From Cycas panzhihuaensis (taxonomy: Eukaryota > Plantae > Cycadophyta), in the NCBI GenBank assembly GCA_023213395.1, contig CM041465.1, positions 141,367,741 to 141,431,740 of the forward strand: a stretch of DNA of 64,000 nt, in the 5' to 3' direction. Positions 24,862 through 37,479 of the stretch are shown one piece after another. Made by a program: the position numbers and the translations under genes. Within the stretch, counting starts at the first letter, position 1. The number at the start of each line of letters is the position of its first letter. Under the pieces are notes generated by a model. It was not told where the DNA came from, searched no databases, and saw nothing but the letters and a program-made list of their open reading frames with translations.

Positions 24862-27800
24862 ATGACATCTAGTTTTGGGAATATGATTATTCCTAAGTTT
24901 GATGGAAATAATTTTCTTAACTGGAGTAGGAGGATGAGGCCCATCCTCATAGCAAATGAAATGTGGGATATAGTGAGAAATGGTTACAATGACTTAGGAT
25001 CAAACCCAACTGATATTGAAAAAGCTATATACAAAGAAAATATCAAAAAAGATAATGAAGCCTTAGCCCTTATTTTTTGCGCTTTAGAAGATCATGTTTT
25101 CCCACGTGTTAGTGAATCCATCAAGTCCAAAGAGGCTTGGGATACTTTCTGACTTATATACTGAAAGGGGTCCTCTAAACTACAAAACTTAAGAAGTAAG
25201 TTTGAAAATTTACGATGATGCCTCATGAATCAATAACCGAATTTATGACCAAGATTCAAGACATAGTTAACCAAATGAGGTCCCTTGGGGATACCTTAGA
25301 ACAAAGAGTTGTTGAACGGATCCTTCGATGTGTAGGAGCCGTTAGGACGCTTTGAGATGGTAGCTACAAGTATTAGTGTATCTAAAGACCTAAGTACCCT
25401 CAAAATAGAACAACTTCGCTATGCTTATGTCCATAGAAGAGCAACAAGCTGCCAACGAAACCTTAGAACATGCCTTTGCTACAAAGGCCAACATTCAATC
25501 TAATCCTCAAGATGGCCCTTCAAAACAAAATGAATCCCCTTTAAGGCGAAAAGATGAAAACCCTAGAACTGAACCTAGACAAAATCCTCCACGATACCAA
25601 GCTCCTAATAATAGACAAGGACGACCCCCACAACATGAAAATTCTCCAAGACATTCGAACACTCAAAGAAACCCTAACCAACAAAGACAAGTTGACAATC
25701 ATTCTTGTTGCCCACATTGTCATGGGAACCCACAACCTTCTACCACACCTCAAAACTATCGTGACCAACCAAGAAATAATCATACTCAATTCTATGAGGA
25801 AAGGGGGAGACCTCTCAACTTTGATCACTCTTCACCAAGGAATCAAAATCTTAGTTATGGAAAAAGAGATCAACTATATTGCACTTATTGTCGTAGAAAT
25901 GGTCACACTGAAGATAAGTGTTTTTCAAAACATGGACCACCCTCTAGAGGACATGTGTCAAACACATCAGAATCTAAAATCAATAATAGGTTATTCCTAT
26001 CTAGCTTTTCAAACCAGGAAGAAGAGGATGATAGTTGGTACATTGATTCCGGTTGTTCCACCCACATGACCCATAGAGAACAATTATTTCAAACTTTGGA
26101 TACAAATAAGAAAGGGCCTATTATGTTTGGAGACAACACTTCCCACCAATCGATTGGAAAAGGTAACATTGCCTTATTGACTGATAGTGGTGAATATAAA
26201 TATTTAAATGATGTTCTATATGTCCCTGCTTTAAGAAAAAACTTACTATCGGTAGGACAGATGATGGGACAGGACTATAAAGTAATTTTTGACAACGGCG
26301 AATGCGTCATTAAAGACAAACGATAAAATGAAGCTATTGTTGCTAGGGGTATCATGACTAAAGATCGTTTATTTAAACTTACTATCACCCCCTCAGATAC
26401 ATATGCCCTTAGAACCACAACTACTATGGATAGTGACCTATGGCATCGACGTTTTGGTCACCTTAATTATACAAGTTTAGCCCTTATGAAAAGATTAGAT
26501 ATGGTTAATGGCTTGCCCCCTATTGATGTCAATAAAGAGTTGTGTGAGGGATGCCTTCTTGGAAAACATCATAGAAAGCTTTCCGGACTTTAGCCATCGG
26601 ACATCCGCCCCTCTTCAACTCGTATACACGGATATTTGTGGCCCAATGGCCACTCCCTCATAGCGGTGCCAAATATTTCCTTACATTTATTGATGACTTT
26701 ACTAGAAAGACTTGGGTGTTCTTTCTCAAATACAAATTTGATGCTTTTGACCACTTTGTTGACTTCAAAACCTTCGTTGAGCGACAAGTGGATATCATAT
26801 CCTCTCCTTAAGATCGGATAATGGGGAGAATTTACCTCTAATATCTTCAAGGATTACTGTATCCAACATGGGATTAGGCGACAACATACCAACTCCTACA
26901 CCCCACAACAAAATGGTGTAGCTGAAAGGAAAAACAGAACTATAGTAGAAATGGCATGTTGTATGCTTAAAGATAAAAACTTAGGCCATGAATTTTGGGC
27001 TGAAAGCGATCCATACATGATCTACTTACTTAATCGATGTTCCACAAAAGTCATTAGAGGGAAGACACGGAAGAAGCATGGACAGGTTATAAACCTAGTA
27101 TCCGTCACCTTAAGGTATTTGGCTGTTTAGCCTATGCCCACATCCCTGACCAAAGAAGAACCAAATTAGATGATCATAGTGTAAAATGTATCTTTATTGG
27201 ATATAGTGAATCATCAAAATCTTACAAAGTTTATGATCCCAAATCCCAAAAGTTATTACGAGTAGGGATGTCAAATTTCAAGAAGACACCTACTATCAAA
27301 ATAATCACGAACAACAAAAGGACATTACTATTAAGTTTAATGCATCAAATACATCTAAATATGTGCCCCCTATGTGGAGAAACTCTCCTAAACTACTAGG
27401 GAAACAACATCCCCTCAACCACCATCACAATCACTACCTAAATGGGTTCACCGCAATCATGACTTAGGAAATATATTAGATAACAATCGAAGATCTACGT
27501 TCACACAAAGTTAACTTTGCTCTAATGAGTAAGTTACTTGAAAGTCATGAGCCTCAAACATTTGGTGAGGCTAATCAACATGAGTCTTGGCAAAAGCCAT
27601 GCAAGAGGAATATAAATCTATCGTTAAAAATGATACTTGGGAACTTGTAGACTTACCACCAAGAAAGAAAGCCATTGGAACCAAATGGGTTTATAAGACT
27701 AAGTTCCACTCTGATGGATCAATTGATAAATATAAAGCTCGTTTAGTTGCCAAAGGATATGCCCAAAAGAAGGCATAGACTATACCGAAACATTTGCCCC

Positions 27801-29040
27801 AGTTGCTAGAATGGAATCAGTTCGCATGATAATAAGTTTAGCCGCTCAAATGGGTTGGCCTGTTTATCAAATAGACGTAAAAAGTGCCTTTTTAAATGGT
27901 TATATACAAGAAGATATCTATGTCTCTCAACCCCTCGGTTTTGAAGTCAGGGGGGAAGAAAACAAAGTGTATAAGTTAAAGAAAGCATTATATGGTCTAA
28001 AACAAGCACCTAGGGCTTGGTATTCCCGTATAGACACATATCTTAAAGATCAAGGGTTTGAAACCTATACACTAAAATTAAAGGAGATTCGATATTGATC
28101 GTAGGACTTTACGTAGACGACCTAATTTATACCGGAAATGACTCCCAACTCTTAAGTCAATTTAAAGAAGCTATGTGTAAGGAATTCGAAATGACAGACT
28201 TAGGTCTTATGCACTACTTCCTAGGATTGGAAGTGTGGCAAGGTAAACAAGGAATATTTATATCTCAACGTAAATATATACTAGACCTTCTACAAAGATT
28301 TAATATGACAAACTGTAAACCATTATCAATACCGGTGAAATTGGAATTAAACTCTCTAAGACGGATGACTCAACCTCGGTTGATCCCACTCACTATAGAC
28401 AAGATTGGTAGCCTACTTTATTTAACCTCTACTCGACCGATATAACATATTACGTAAGTGTTGTATCTAGATTTATGCAGGATCCAAAGACATCCCATTG
28501 GCAGTCGCTAAAAGAATCCTCGAGATACCTTAAAGGGACTTCGGACTTTGGACTATACTACAAACCTACATCCGAGTTTCGCTTAACAGTTACATGTGAT
28601 TCGATTGGGTGGTGATATTGATGATAGAAAATCTACTTACGGTTATGCATTTAGTATGGGATCACGGCAGAGCTTGGAGTTCAAAGAAACAAAATACCGC
28701 TTCCTTATCCACACCAAGGTAATATAAAGCCGCAGATTAGGAGCCTGTGAATCAATCTGGTAAGAAGACTCTTATAGGATTTTCAAATTAAACAGCAAGG
28801 CCCCACTAACATTTGGTATGACAATCGGGCGCTATTCAAATGACCAAAAATCCAAGATTCCATGGCGTAACAAAGCACATTGAAACTCAATACCACTTTA
28901 TTCGGAACTTGTACAAGGTAATGTATAGAGTTGACTTATCAGAGCAATCAAGATCAAACAATGGATATTTTTACAAAGGCCTTGGGAAAATCAAGTTTGA
29001 AAAGTTCGAGAGATGATTTAGGAGTCATATACATTGGGCT
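24862..29040 (+). CDS. Element E gag-pol polyprotein (gag, zinc knuckle, PR, INT, RT, RH), frameshifted in this sequence
   Basis: [12 protein letters not shown]; [14 protein letters not shown]; [12 protein letters not shown]; [14 protein letters not shown]; [13 protein letters not shown]; DVKSAFLNG; YVDDLIYTG; DDRKST; domain order is copia-type. Confidence 0.88.
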
Positions 29041-29381
29041 TATGGGGAGAATGTTGGGAATAATCCCAATGTTTGTGCACTAGCGCTTAGGGCCCCTCAA
29101 AGCCACCTTGAGGGCCCCTAGGCACCTTGAACTGCTCGTACCGCCCGGACCGACCACTCACATGAGGTACGTATTTACCGTTATTTATTTTTTATATTTT
29201 TTCAAACTAACCTTAATTGTTGTGCAGCTAGGGTGATGGCGCCCGACGCCTCCCCGAATCTCTATTTAAGGGTTGGGAATACCTCCCTGGTGTTTATTAA
29301 CACCGCCACTCTTTCGGAAATCGCCGTTGTACTCAAGATGAAAGTCGCGTGATGTCCTGCTCTGCTCCTCCGGCTCCATCA

Positions 29382-30643
29382 TCCAAGAGGATATGGTTTT
29401 GGATGCGCATGCATTTTTAATCCTAGTTCTTTACCAATACTTCTAAGATTAAATTCTTTTAGCTTCCTCCATCAAAGATGGCATCAACCATACTTTGCTT
29501 CACTTGGATTCTTACCATGAAGAGCTCCTCTCTAATCTCTAGATCAACTTGCTAATGGTTATTTTTAGGCTCCGCATTAGCCATGAGCATCAACTTGTCA
29601 TTGGCTTCTTTAATGCTGCAAACATTTTCATCACCCATAGAGTTAAGTAAAGCTTTACCTTCAGTTTTAACTTTACCTTTCCCCTTGTTCTTGGGTCGTT
29701 TCTCTGGGTGTAGGAACCAACAATCTTCTACGATGTGACCCACTCACTTGCAATGAGTATAAGTGACTTTAATTTGGGTGGTATTGGCTTGCTTCTTCTT
29801 GCCAAAACCTCCAATGGATTGTTGTCCAACTTTACATGGAAACCTCATTCCTCGGGCAGGTTTGTTGCTACCTTCTTGAGGTGCAAACCTTTTCCTTTCT
29901 GCAAAAAGCTTCTTATTCCTCTTTTCTATGGCAATCGCCTTCTTGCTGGCTTCATTGAGCGATTTGACTTCGAACAGTTAAAGTTCTTGCTAAATATGTT
30001 GGTGCAGTCCTCTAATATATTTTAGCATCATGTCTTTACCCAGTAAAGAGATGCCCAAAACAACAGTTTGCTTTTGAAATTCTGTTGTATAATCTTAGAC
30101 ATTTTGGCCTCTTTCCTATCAGTAATATTGCCATTTAATCCTATGTTGCTCTTCATATCCAATCGGATAGAATTACTTCTTTATGAGGATTTTAAATTAC
30201 TGCTAGGTAATTTCATTTATATTATGGGATTTAAGGTATGCATTCCACTAAACTAATGAATGCTTAGACGATTTTAACCTAGCAAAAGTAATTTTCTGTT
30301 GGTTTTTATACCCATAAATGGGAAAATAAGTTTCTAATTGGTCCAACTAACCATCTAATTTTTTGGCATCCAACGTTCCATCATAGATGGGCAATTTAAG
30401 TTTTGCCTCTACCTTGAATGGATGTGTGAACACTACTGGATTGTCATCTTCATCAATTTCTTATTGGTCTTCTACCAACTCTTCATTCATTTCCTCTTTC
30501 ATCAGTTCATCTTCTTCCTTCTTTATGCCTTTGGCTGTTGAAGAAGAGGTTGCAACTAGTTGCACCACAAGTTGGGTTAGCCTGTCGAGGTTTTGCTCCA
30601 TTTTCATGAACCTTTCCTCCATCTTCTGCTCTGGAGCAGCCAT
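29382..30643 (-). pseudogene. Element D gag and protease N-terminal part
   Basis: PFKVEAKLKLPIYDGTLDAKKLDG (CRM-type gag); zinc knuckle GHIVEDCW; HPKPYPLG rejoins WLQKDSELQIT across the E insertion. Confidence 0.8.
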
Positions 30644-32199
30644 CTTCCTTCACTATTTTCTTTCTCTCTCAAGAGGTTCGGTTAATGGTTCACCCGTTAA
30701 CAAATATTAATATCTGGTTTTCATAAAAAACTTCCACAATGAAAGCAAGAGGATTTTTTTTTTTTCTCTCTTTTTTCTTTAAAATCCCTAAGTTCCTAAG
30801 GGTTTCAAGAAAACTAGCTGTGATACCAAAATACTGATCTGAATTTTGAATGGAAAAGTGAAGACTTTAACCAATTGAAATAAAATCCAGAACAATTTAC
30901 ATTATTATTACATAGAATTGAAAATATTTAGAATTTTCTTACAAAACTCCTTTTGTTTGTGCTCTATTGAGCATGCAAGGGACTGCTACAATGTTTTGGG
31001 AGAGAGAAACTGAGTACTGGGCACTCCTTGAGCTGCTATTCATTCTCTGAAACCTCCATCTTCGAAGTTTGCAAAATATTTTTGGTCATTTATTACCAAA
31101 AACCCCTTTTTGGTGAAGAAAATCTTGCTAGCGTCTCTTTCTGCAACTGCTGCTACTGCTATCTTCTCCACTCGACTACAACTTCGATCGTCTGGGCTCT
31201 TCCACGATCCCCGCAATAGGTTTATTCTACTTCACTTCCGTCTTCTTCTCTCTCAATGCAGATTTTCAGTCTTTGGAGCCGTTCTCTTTTCGGAAAGTGA
31301 TTTTTTGAAGCTCTCCTTGAATCTTGCTCTATACTGCGTCTAGGGCTATAGCGTCCTCCTTTTCTTATCGAAAATCTCTGTTGAATTTCCTCTGAGTTCC
31401 TCTCCAAATTTTCACTTAAAAGCATTTTTATTTGTAAGAGGTTTTTCTATTTTTCTATTTTTTAATGGATTCTAAACAGCTTGTCAAATCTTTAAAAAAT
31501 CCTTTTAATTTAGAGATTTTCCTCTTTAAATGTGTAGAGGACACATGTACATACTCTCTCCTAGAATTTTGTGCGAAATGAATCCCATTTGCGCCACCAA
31601 AATTATTTTCGTTTTTATTATTTTTCTATTTTTTGACTTTTAGGTAGCAGTTGCCTCAGTTGCATAATGGTTAGCAGACCTGTAACTTGTGCACTGATAG
31701 ATAGCACCTTGGTAGCACCTATTTGTACTTGTAGAAATACATTTTTTAAGCCTTTTAAAGGCATATTTCTACTAAATGAAGACCATTAAGCCTTTTTAAG
31801 GCAATTTTCTACTATATAAAGACCATTTACATGAAAACCAAAGTATTTTAAGAGTATTTAAGATCCAAAAATGGATCACCCCTCCCCCCCAGCCCTCTCC
31901 TCCTCTCTTTTTCCTTTTAAGTCATAATCCCTACTTCTATAAGCTCATTTAATCTATCTAGCCCTGGTTTAGAAAATACCTTTCTATCTTACTAATCTTA
32001 TTTTCTTGTATTCTCTTCTTCTTGCTTGTATCCCACTTCTTATAGTTCTCTTCCTTTTATATGATGTCTCTTATATCTCAAGTAGAATGCATACTTATCC
32101 TAAAAACTTAGTTCATAAAGTTTTAAAAGGAACTAAAGACTAACATATCTTCTCTTGCATCTGAGTAAGATATCACTATAATACTGAATCAAATGGCTT

Positions 32200-35100
32200 A
32201 GATGTGAGTGCAATCATTATTATTTGACTCTTAATTGATAGACAGCATGCCTCTAGCATAGTAAATAAGCAATCCTCTTCTACACCAACTGTAACTTTAC
32301 CACAAGATCAATATTCCTATCTTCGATTCAAATCTAAATAGAGACAACTCTCACACATGGATAAGTAAACTAGAATCGTACTCCTCCCTTAACCCAATGA
32401 CCAAAGAGGAAAAACTAACATTTGTATCTATTCATATAGAAGGTTGAGCATATCATTATTTTTGTTAGAAGCATGGGAATACCTAACAACTCAAATATGA
32501 ACACATTTCTCTACCTATTGTTTTTAATCAGTATGAAGAAACTTGGAACTAATATTTCTTCAATCAACTTACAAGACTAAAATAGGTGTTATCAATTGAA
32601 GCTTATACAAATAACTTTCAAAACATATAGAATCAATTCACCCAAAGATTGGACAAGTGAACTTGGGTCGACACTTATATCATAGGCTTAAAAGAGCACA
32701 TACAAATGTGCTAAAAACCCTTTAAAATTTTAAATCTCAAAGATGTGACATGAATGGCCAAAGTGATTGAGGCATAATTCATAATAGAAAGAACATCTTT
32801 TTTTCAAAGAGATCTTTCAGGCATCAATGACCATGATAAGTTGAATTCCCATGTTAATTATCTTAAGTGAATGACTCATAAAGACTTGCTATATAACAGC
32901 CTTAAAAAAAACTCATAAATAAGGTAATCCAAGTCCTACTAGTAGAGGCACATAGATGCAACACAACCAACCTTTATATCTAATGCTCATAAAAGTAGAC
33001 CCCCAAACATGGTAAAGTTTGCAAAGCCAAGAAAACAACCTTCACAATTGATCCTAGCCTATATATGGAAGATGACTTTGATTCTAAATAAGAATTTGAT
33101 GAAGAACCTCATTCAAACCCCTTCCAACTTTAGAACTAGAAGTCTCCTTATCTACAATAGTCTCCTCTTCATACCTTGAATTATTATGCATTAGAGGAAT
33201 ACTTAAGAAAACACTAATTACTATTCAGATTAATAACGACACATCACTAAACTTTATTAATATTCCTTTGGCTAGGTAATTAAATCTTTATATTATTCTA
33301 AATACTAGATTTACATGCTCCCTACCTAATCATTATAAACTTCATTATACTGGAACAATCAAGAGCCTTGTCATCCAAATTGGTATTTATAGGTTGGTCT
33401 AAATTTTTTATGTCTTATTTATCAATAGATCAAATGCTATTCTTAGAGTCTAGTGACTCTATACTTTAGGTATATATAGCATAATTAACTCTCCCACTAA
33501 TCCATTTATTTTATTTAAGGACCATATAGGGCAAACCCACAAACTCCATAGGATATAACGTCTCCCTAATAAATTAATTTTACCAAACTAAATGAGGAAA
33601 TAACTAAGTAAATAGGCTATATTATATGCATTAACAATATCTAAGCCCACATAAATATTCACTTAAATATCCAATGCATTCTTAATAAATATCATGCCAT
33701 TCCCCCCGCCCCCCCTGCCTGCTTGTCCTCCATTATATAGTGGTTGTTACTACACCATCAAGTTGAAAAATTCCCATGACCATACCAGTCTTTGGCCTTA
33801 TAGAAATTCTTATTTTCAAAAGAATGAGATAAAAAAATATCAATGAACTAATAAAAATGGGGGTAATTTGACCTAGTAAAATCCCATATGATGCCCCTAT
33901 TATGTTAATTCAAAAAAAGGATGGCTCATTTAGGTTGTATGTTGATTATCTTGAACTTAATAAAATAACTATAAAAAATAAGTTTCACACTCCACAAATT
34001 GATGACATGTTAGATAAGATACATGGTGACATAGTCTTTACATCTCTAATCAGGATATTATCAAACCCCCATTACACTTGAAGATTGATACAAAATTGCC
34101 TTTCAAACATTCCACAACCACTTTAAATTTTATGTTATACCTTTTCAGTTATGTAATACCATAGATATGTTTTAATTCCTAATGAACAAGGTATTTTTCA
34201 CATACCTTAAGAAATTTGTTATTATTTTATTCAATGATATTCTCATCTATAACATAGGCATGGCTATTCACACTTGCCATTTAGACATAATCCTAAAATT
34301 TTGGCTTAATACCAATTATATACTAAGGTCTCTAAATATAAGTTTGGTAAATCTAAACTATAATATCTTGGAAATATTATCTCTATAGAAGGTGTTTGAT
34401 TTGACCCTAATAAAATAGTGGTTATTACAAACCATCCAATCACAAAAAACTTTACCTAGTTATGTGCTTTAAAAGGGATTACTAGATTCTATATGCAGTT
34501 CATCAGGAATTATGCAACCTAATAGCACCATTAACCAATTTTATTTGGAAAGATTCTTTAATGGTGCCTTAGTAACACCATTAATTAATTTTCTCTACCA
34601 TACTAGTCATCTCTCAACCATTCTAACTAGAATGTAATGCATCAAGTTTTGTCTTAGATATGATGCTTATACAAAACTTACACCCAATTACTTTTAAAAG
34701 ACAAAAGCTTAAAGACCATGAGTGTAGGTTGTTAACCTACCAAAAGGAAATAAATACCATTCACCGTGCTATTAAGAAATGGTGACAATATCTCATTAGA
34801 TCAAAATTCATTATCTTAACCAATTGCTATAGGCTTTATCACCTATTAGACTAACTAGTTCTATATGAGGAATATGCCAAATGGGTTGAGCACCTTTAAG
34901 TTTTTGACTTCATGATCAATTATAAGAAAGGCCAAGATAATGTAGTAGAATATGCTCTTTCTTGCCTCCCAACTGACCTATCCCTCATTCTTTCATAGGA
35001 ATCCTCTACTCATGCCATCTTCTCACCCCATTCCACATGGGTACAAGACCTAGCTCAAGATAACTAATCCTAGCTAGATTATAATAAATGGCCCAAAAAG

Positions 35101-36400
35101 TTTACACTAAGAAAAATTGGTCCATAGGGAACAATCTCCTTCCATATAGAAATAATATATTTATCCATCTAGCCTCCAATTTTATTTCTCGAGTCTTAAT
35201 AGAGAACCACTCTACTCCATTAGGAGGCTATTTTGAATTTGATAATACTTATCAATAAATTTGTTTTAACTTCTTCTGATCATACATGAAATCATCCATT
35301 CTATAATGTAATAAAGTTGATGCTAAAGTCTAATTAGGTTTATTATAACCGCTTTGCATTCTACAAGGGAAATGATAAAATATTACCATGGACTTCAATA
35401 TGGGTCCACCTCTATCTACAAGGCATGACTCTATATTAGTGGTCATTGACCACTTGATAAAATACCCACACTTTTTATCAATCTACATTTCATATAAAAC
35501 ATTACGTATTGTATATCTATACCTCAAAACGATATCATATTTATATGGCTTTTTATCAACCATCATATGCAATTAAGATCCAAAGTTTATTAGCTCTTTT
35601 GAGGCTTAAGTACATTGCTCAATATAAGTTATGCCTATCACACCTAAATGAATGACCAATTAGAAGTTCTTAATAAAATACTAAAAACTTACTTACATCA
35701 TTATGCATCTGAATACTAGACCAGATGGTCATCATGGCTAGCCATAACAAAATACTGATATAATTCCTCTCACCACTCAACCATAAGGATGTCTTTATTT
35801 ATGGCTCTTTATAATTTTCCACCACCATTCCACCATATTTTAGTAACCAATCTTTGCACCATGGTCGTACAACAAAACCTATAATATATGGACTAAATTC
35901 TAAGCATCCTTAAGCAAAATTTAACCACAATCTAGAATTGAATGTGGCAATTAGCAAACCACCACCATTTGGATTACTCTTTTTCCATTGATGATCTTAT
36001 GTTCCTATTCCATTAGTCATATAAGCAATAATCTCTAAAACATCATAGGAATCATAAGCCCAATCCTTGATACTATGGCCCTTATAAAGTCATATAATTT
36101 GTTGGTGAAGTAGCCTATGCTTTAGAATTCTTACCCAATACCAAGATTCATAATGTCTTCCATGTTTCCTATATCAAGAAATATTTTAGCAATGGTACAA
36201 CTCTATAAATTGTCCTTCCTATCTTGGATGAAGAACAAACTCTCATTATTCCCTTAGAATGCATCTTAGATAGTAGACATCATTATCTCTAGACCATGAT
36301 AATTATTGAGTATTTGGTGTAATGTGCTAGCTTTGAACTAGATGAGGTGACATGGGAATTAATAGATTTGATCAAGTAGCATCCATATCTCGTTTGCTTT
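32200..36400 (+). pseudogene. Element B gag-pol remnant (PR, RT, RH, INT, chromodomain)
   Basis: [38 protein letters not shown]; RH LECNASS; INT ITMDFNMGPP..DSILVVIDHLIKYPHF; chromodomain ECILDSR..IEYLV*CASFELDEVTWE (~36255-36360); start approximate. Confidence 0.8.
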
Positions 36401-36826
36401 GAGGATTCAACATTTCAATGAAGAGGACCTATTACATGACCACATGCCATTAGTGAAACCAATATGCTAGTACTCATGGTTAAGATAACAAGAGGTTAAG
36501 TGCTAATCATTAACTTTTATGCATAGGCTATTAAAGTTATTAATGAAATATAAGGACATTTGGCGTACCAATAAGATTATAAGGAAAAGGCTCTCTTTTA
36601 TCTATTTAAGGGCCATAGATTATAGAGGAATGTTACTATATAATTATTTTCTCTTATGAGATTGGTACGCTAATACTCTTAAGTTCTCTTTTATGTCTAT
36701 TAGAGCTCATTGGTGTACCTTACTTATATAATTTAGTTCCTATTAATAATACAAGTGTTGCATTTCTTATTTATCTTTTCTATTATCATTTCTATATGTG
36801 AGCAAAATTGAGATAGTCACATCTCA

Positions 36827-37030
36827 CTAATTAAGTGCTTTAGTATCTTTGTTTTCAAGTTTTGACATTTCCTATTCTCGATCAAGTGTTAATTAAACTA
36901 TAGGATAAATAGGTTTTGGAACTTTATACCCTTAAGAAATAGTATCCTATAAATTTCTAGGTTGCAAAGAAGTTTTGACTCTCCTTGACCACAAAAAATA
37001 TTTTTTACTATTAAACTTAGGAACCTTTAA
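36827..37030 (-). pseudogene. Element A gag-like ORF, 5' part
   Basis: KVPKFNSKKYFLWSRRVKTSLQPRNL*DTIS*GYKVPK...KDTKALN joins IYSTLDSNVF at 10387; typical copia gag start PKFDG.NY..W. Confidence 0.75.
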
Positions 37031-37427
37031 AATTAAAAAAGATAAAGAATATTCAATTTTACAAATAGAAATCAACCATAATAGGTGTATGAATCAACCA
37101 CAAGTATTAGCAAGTAAGCACATCAATCCATCATACTTAGTATAGTAACCTATGTGAATTTTTCTTCTTAATTTTTTCTTATGATTCTAGTATAACACAT
37201 CAATATTATAGTGAAATTTATTTAAACATAGCATTAAAATATATCAAATCATAACTTAAAGTGTAATACTTAGTCAAAATTCCAACGGTTTAGATAATTT
37301 ATAAAATTATTTCCTAATTGAGAAGATATTAACAAAATAATGTAGGTACCTTTTTGTGGAAATAAAATTGAACTTGATAGGGTTTAGCCCCTCTCACTAG
37401 CTAATAGTTGGTCATATCATAGTTGTA

Positions 37428-37479
37428 TATGATTAGGGGCTTAACCACTAGGGGGCTAGTGGTTAAGCCCCTAATCATA
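37428..37479. repeat. Perfect 24-bp inverted repeat with 4-nt spacer
   Basis: TATGATTAGGGGCTTAACCACTAG-GGGG-CTAGTGGTTAAGCCCCTAATCATA. Confidence 0.95.

Larger units (their letters stand above)
20915..29381 (+). mobile_element. Element E: full-length young Ty1/copia (Ivana-like), 8467 bp
   Basis: LTRs 20915-21249 and 29052-29381, nearly identical; perfect TSD TCCAA; PBS TGGTATCAGAGC 21252-21263; PPT ATGGGGAGAA before the 3' LTR. Confidence 0.95.
16619..31878 (-). mobile_element. Element D: CRM-like Ty3/gypsy, ~6.8 kb without E
   Basis: LTRs 16619-17631 and 30835-31878 (TGATCT...GGATCA); PBS near 30817-30828; PPT AAGGGGAGTTC on minus at ~17632-17642; inserted in a C-tract (CCCCC/CCCCT). Confidence 0.9.
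10388..36826 (+). mobile_element. Element B: decayed chromovirus Ty3/gypsy (Reina-like), ~6.7 kb without nested C and D
   Basis: LTRs 10388-10785 and 36430-36826 (TATTACATGACC...ATCTCA); PBS TGGTATCAGACC at 10788; PPT 36420-36429; degenerate flanks ATAAC/CTAAT. Confidence 0.85.
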
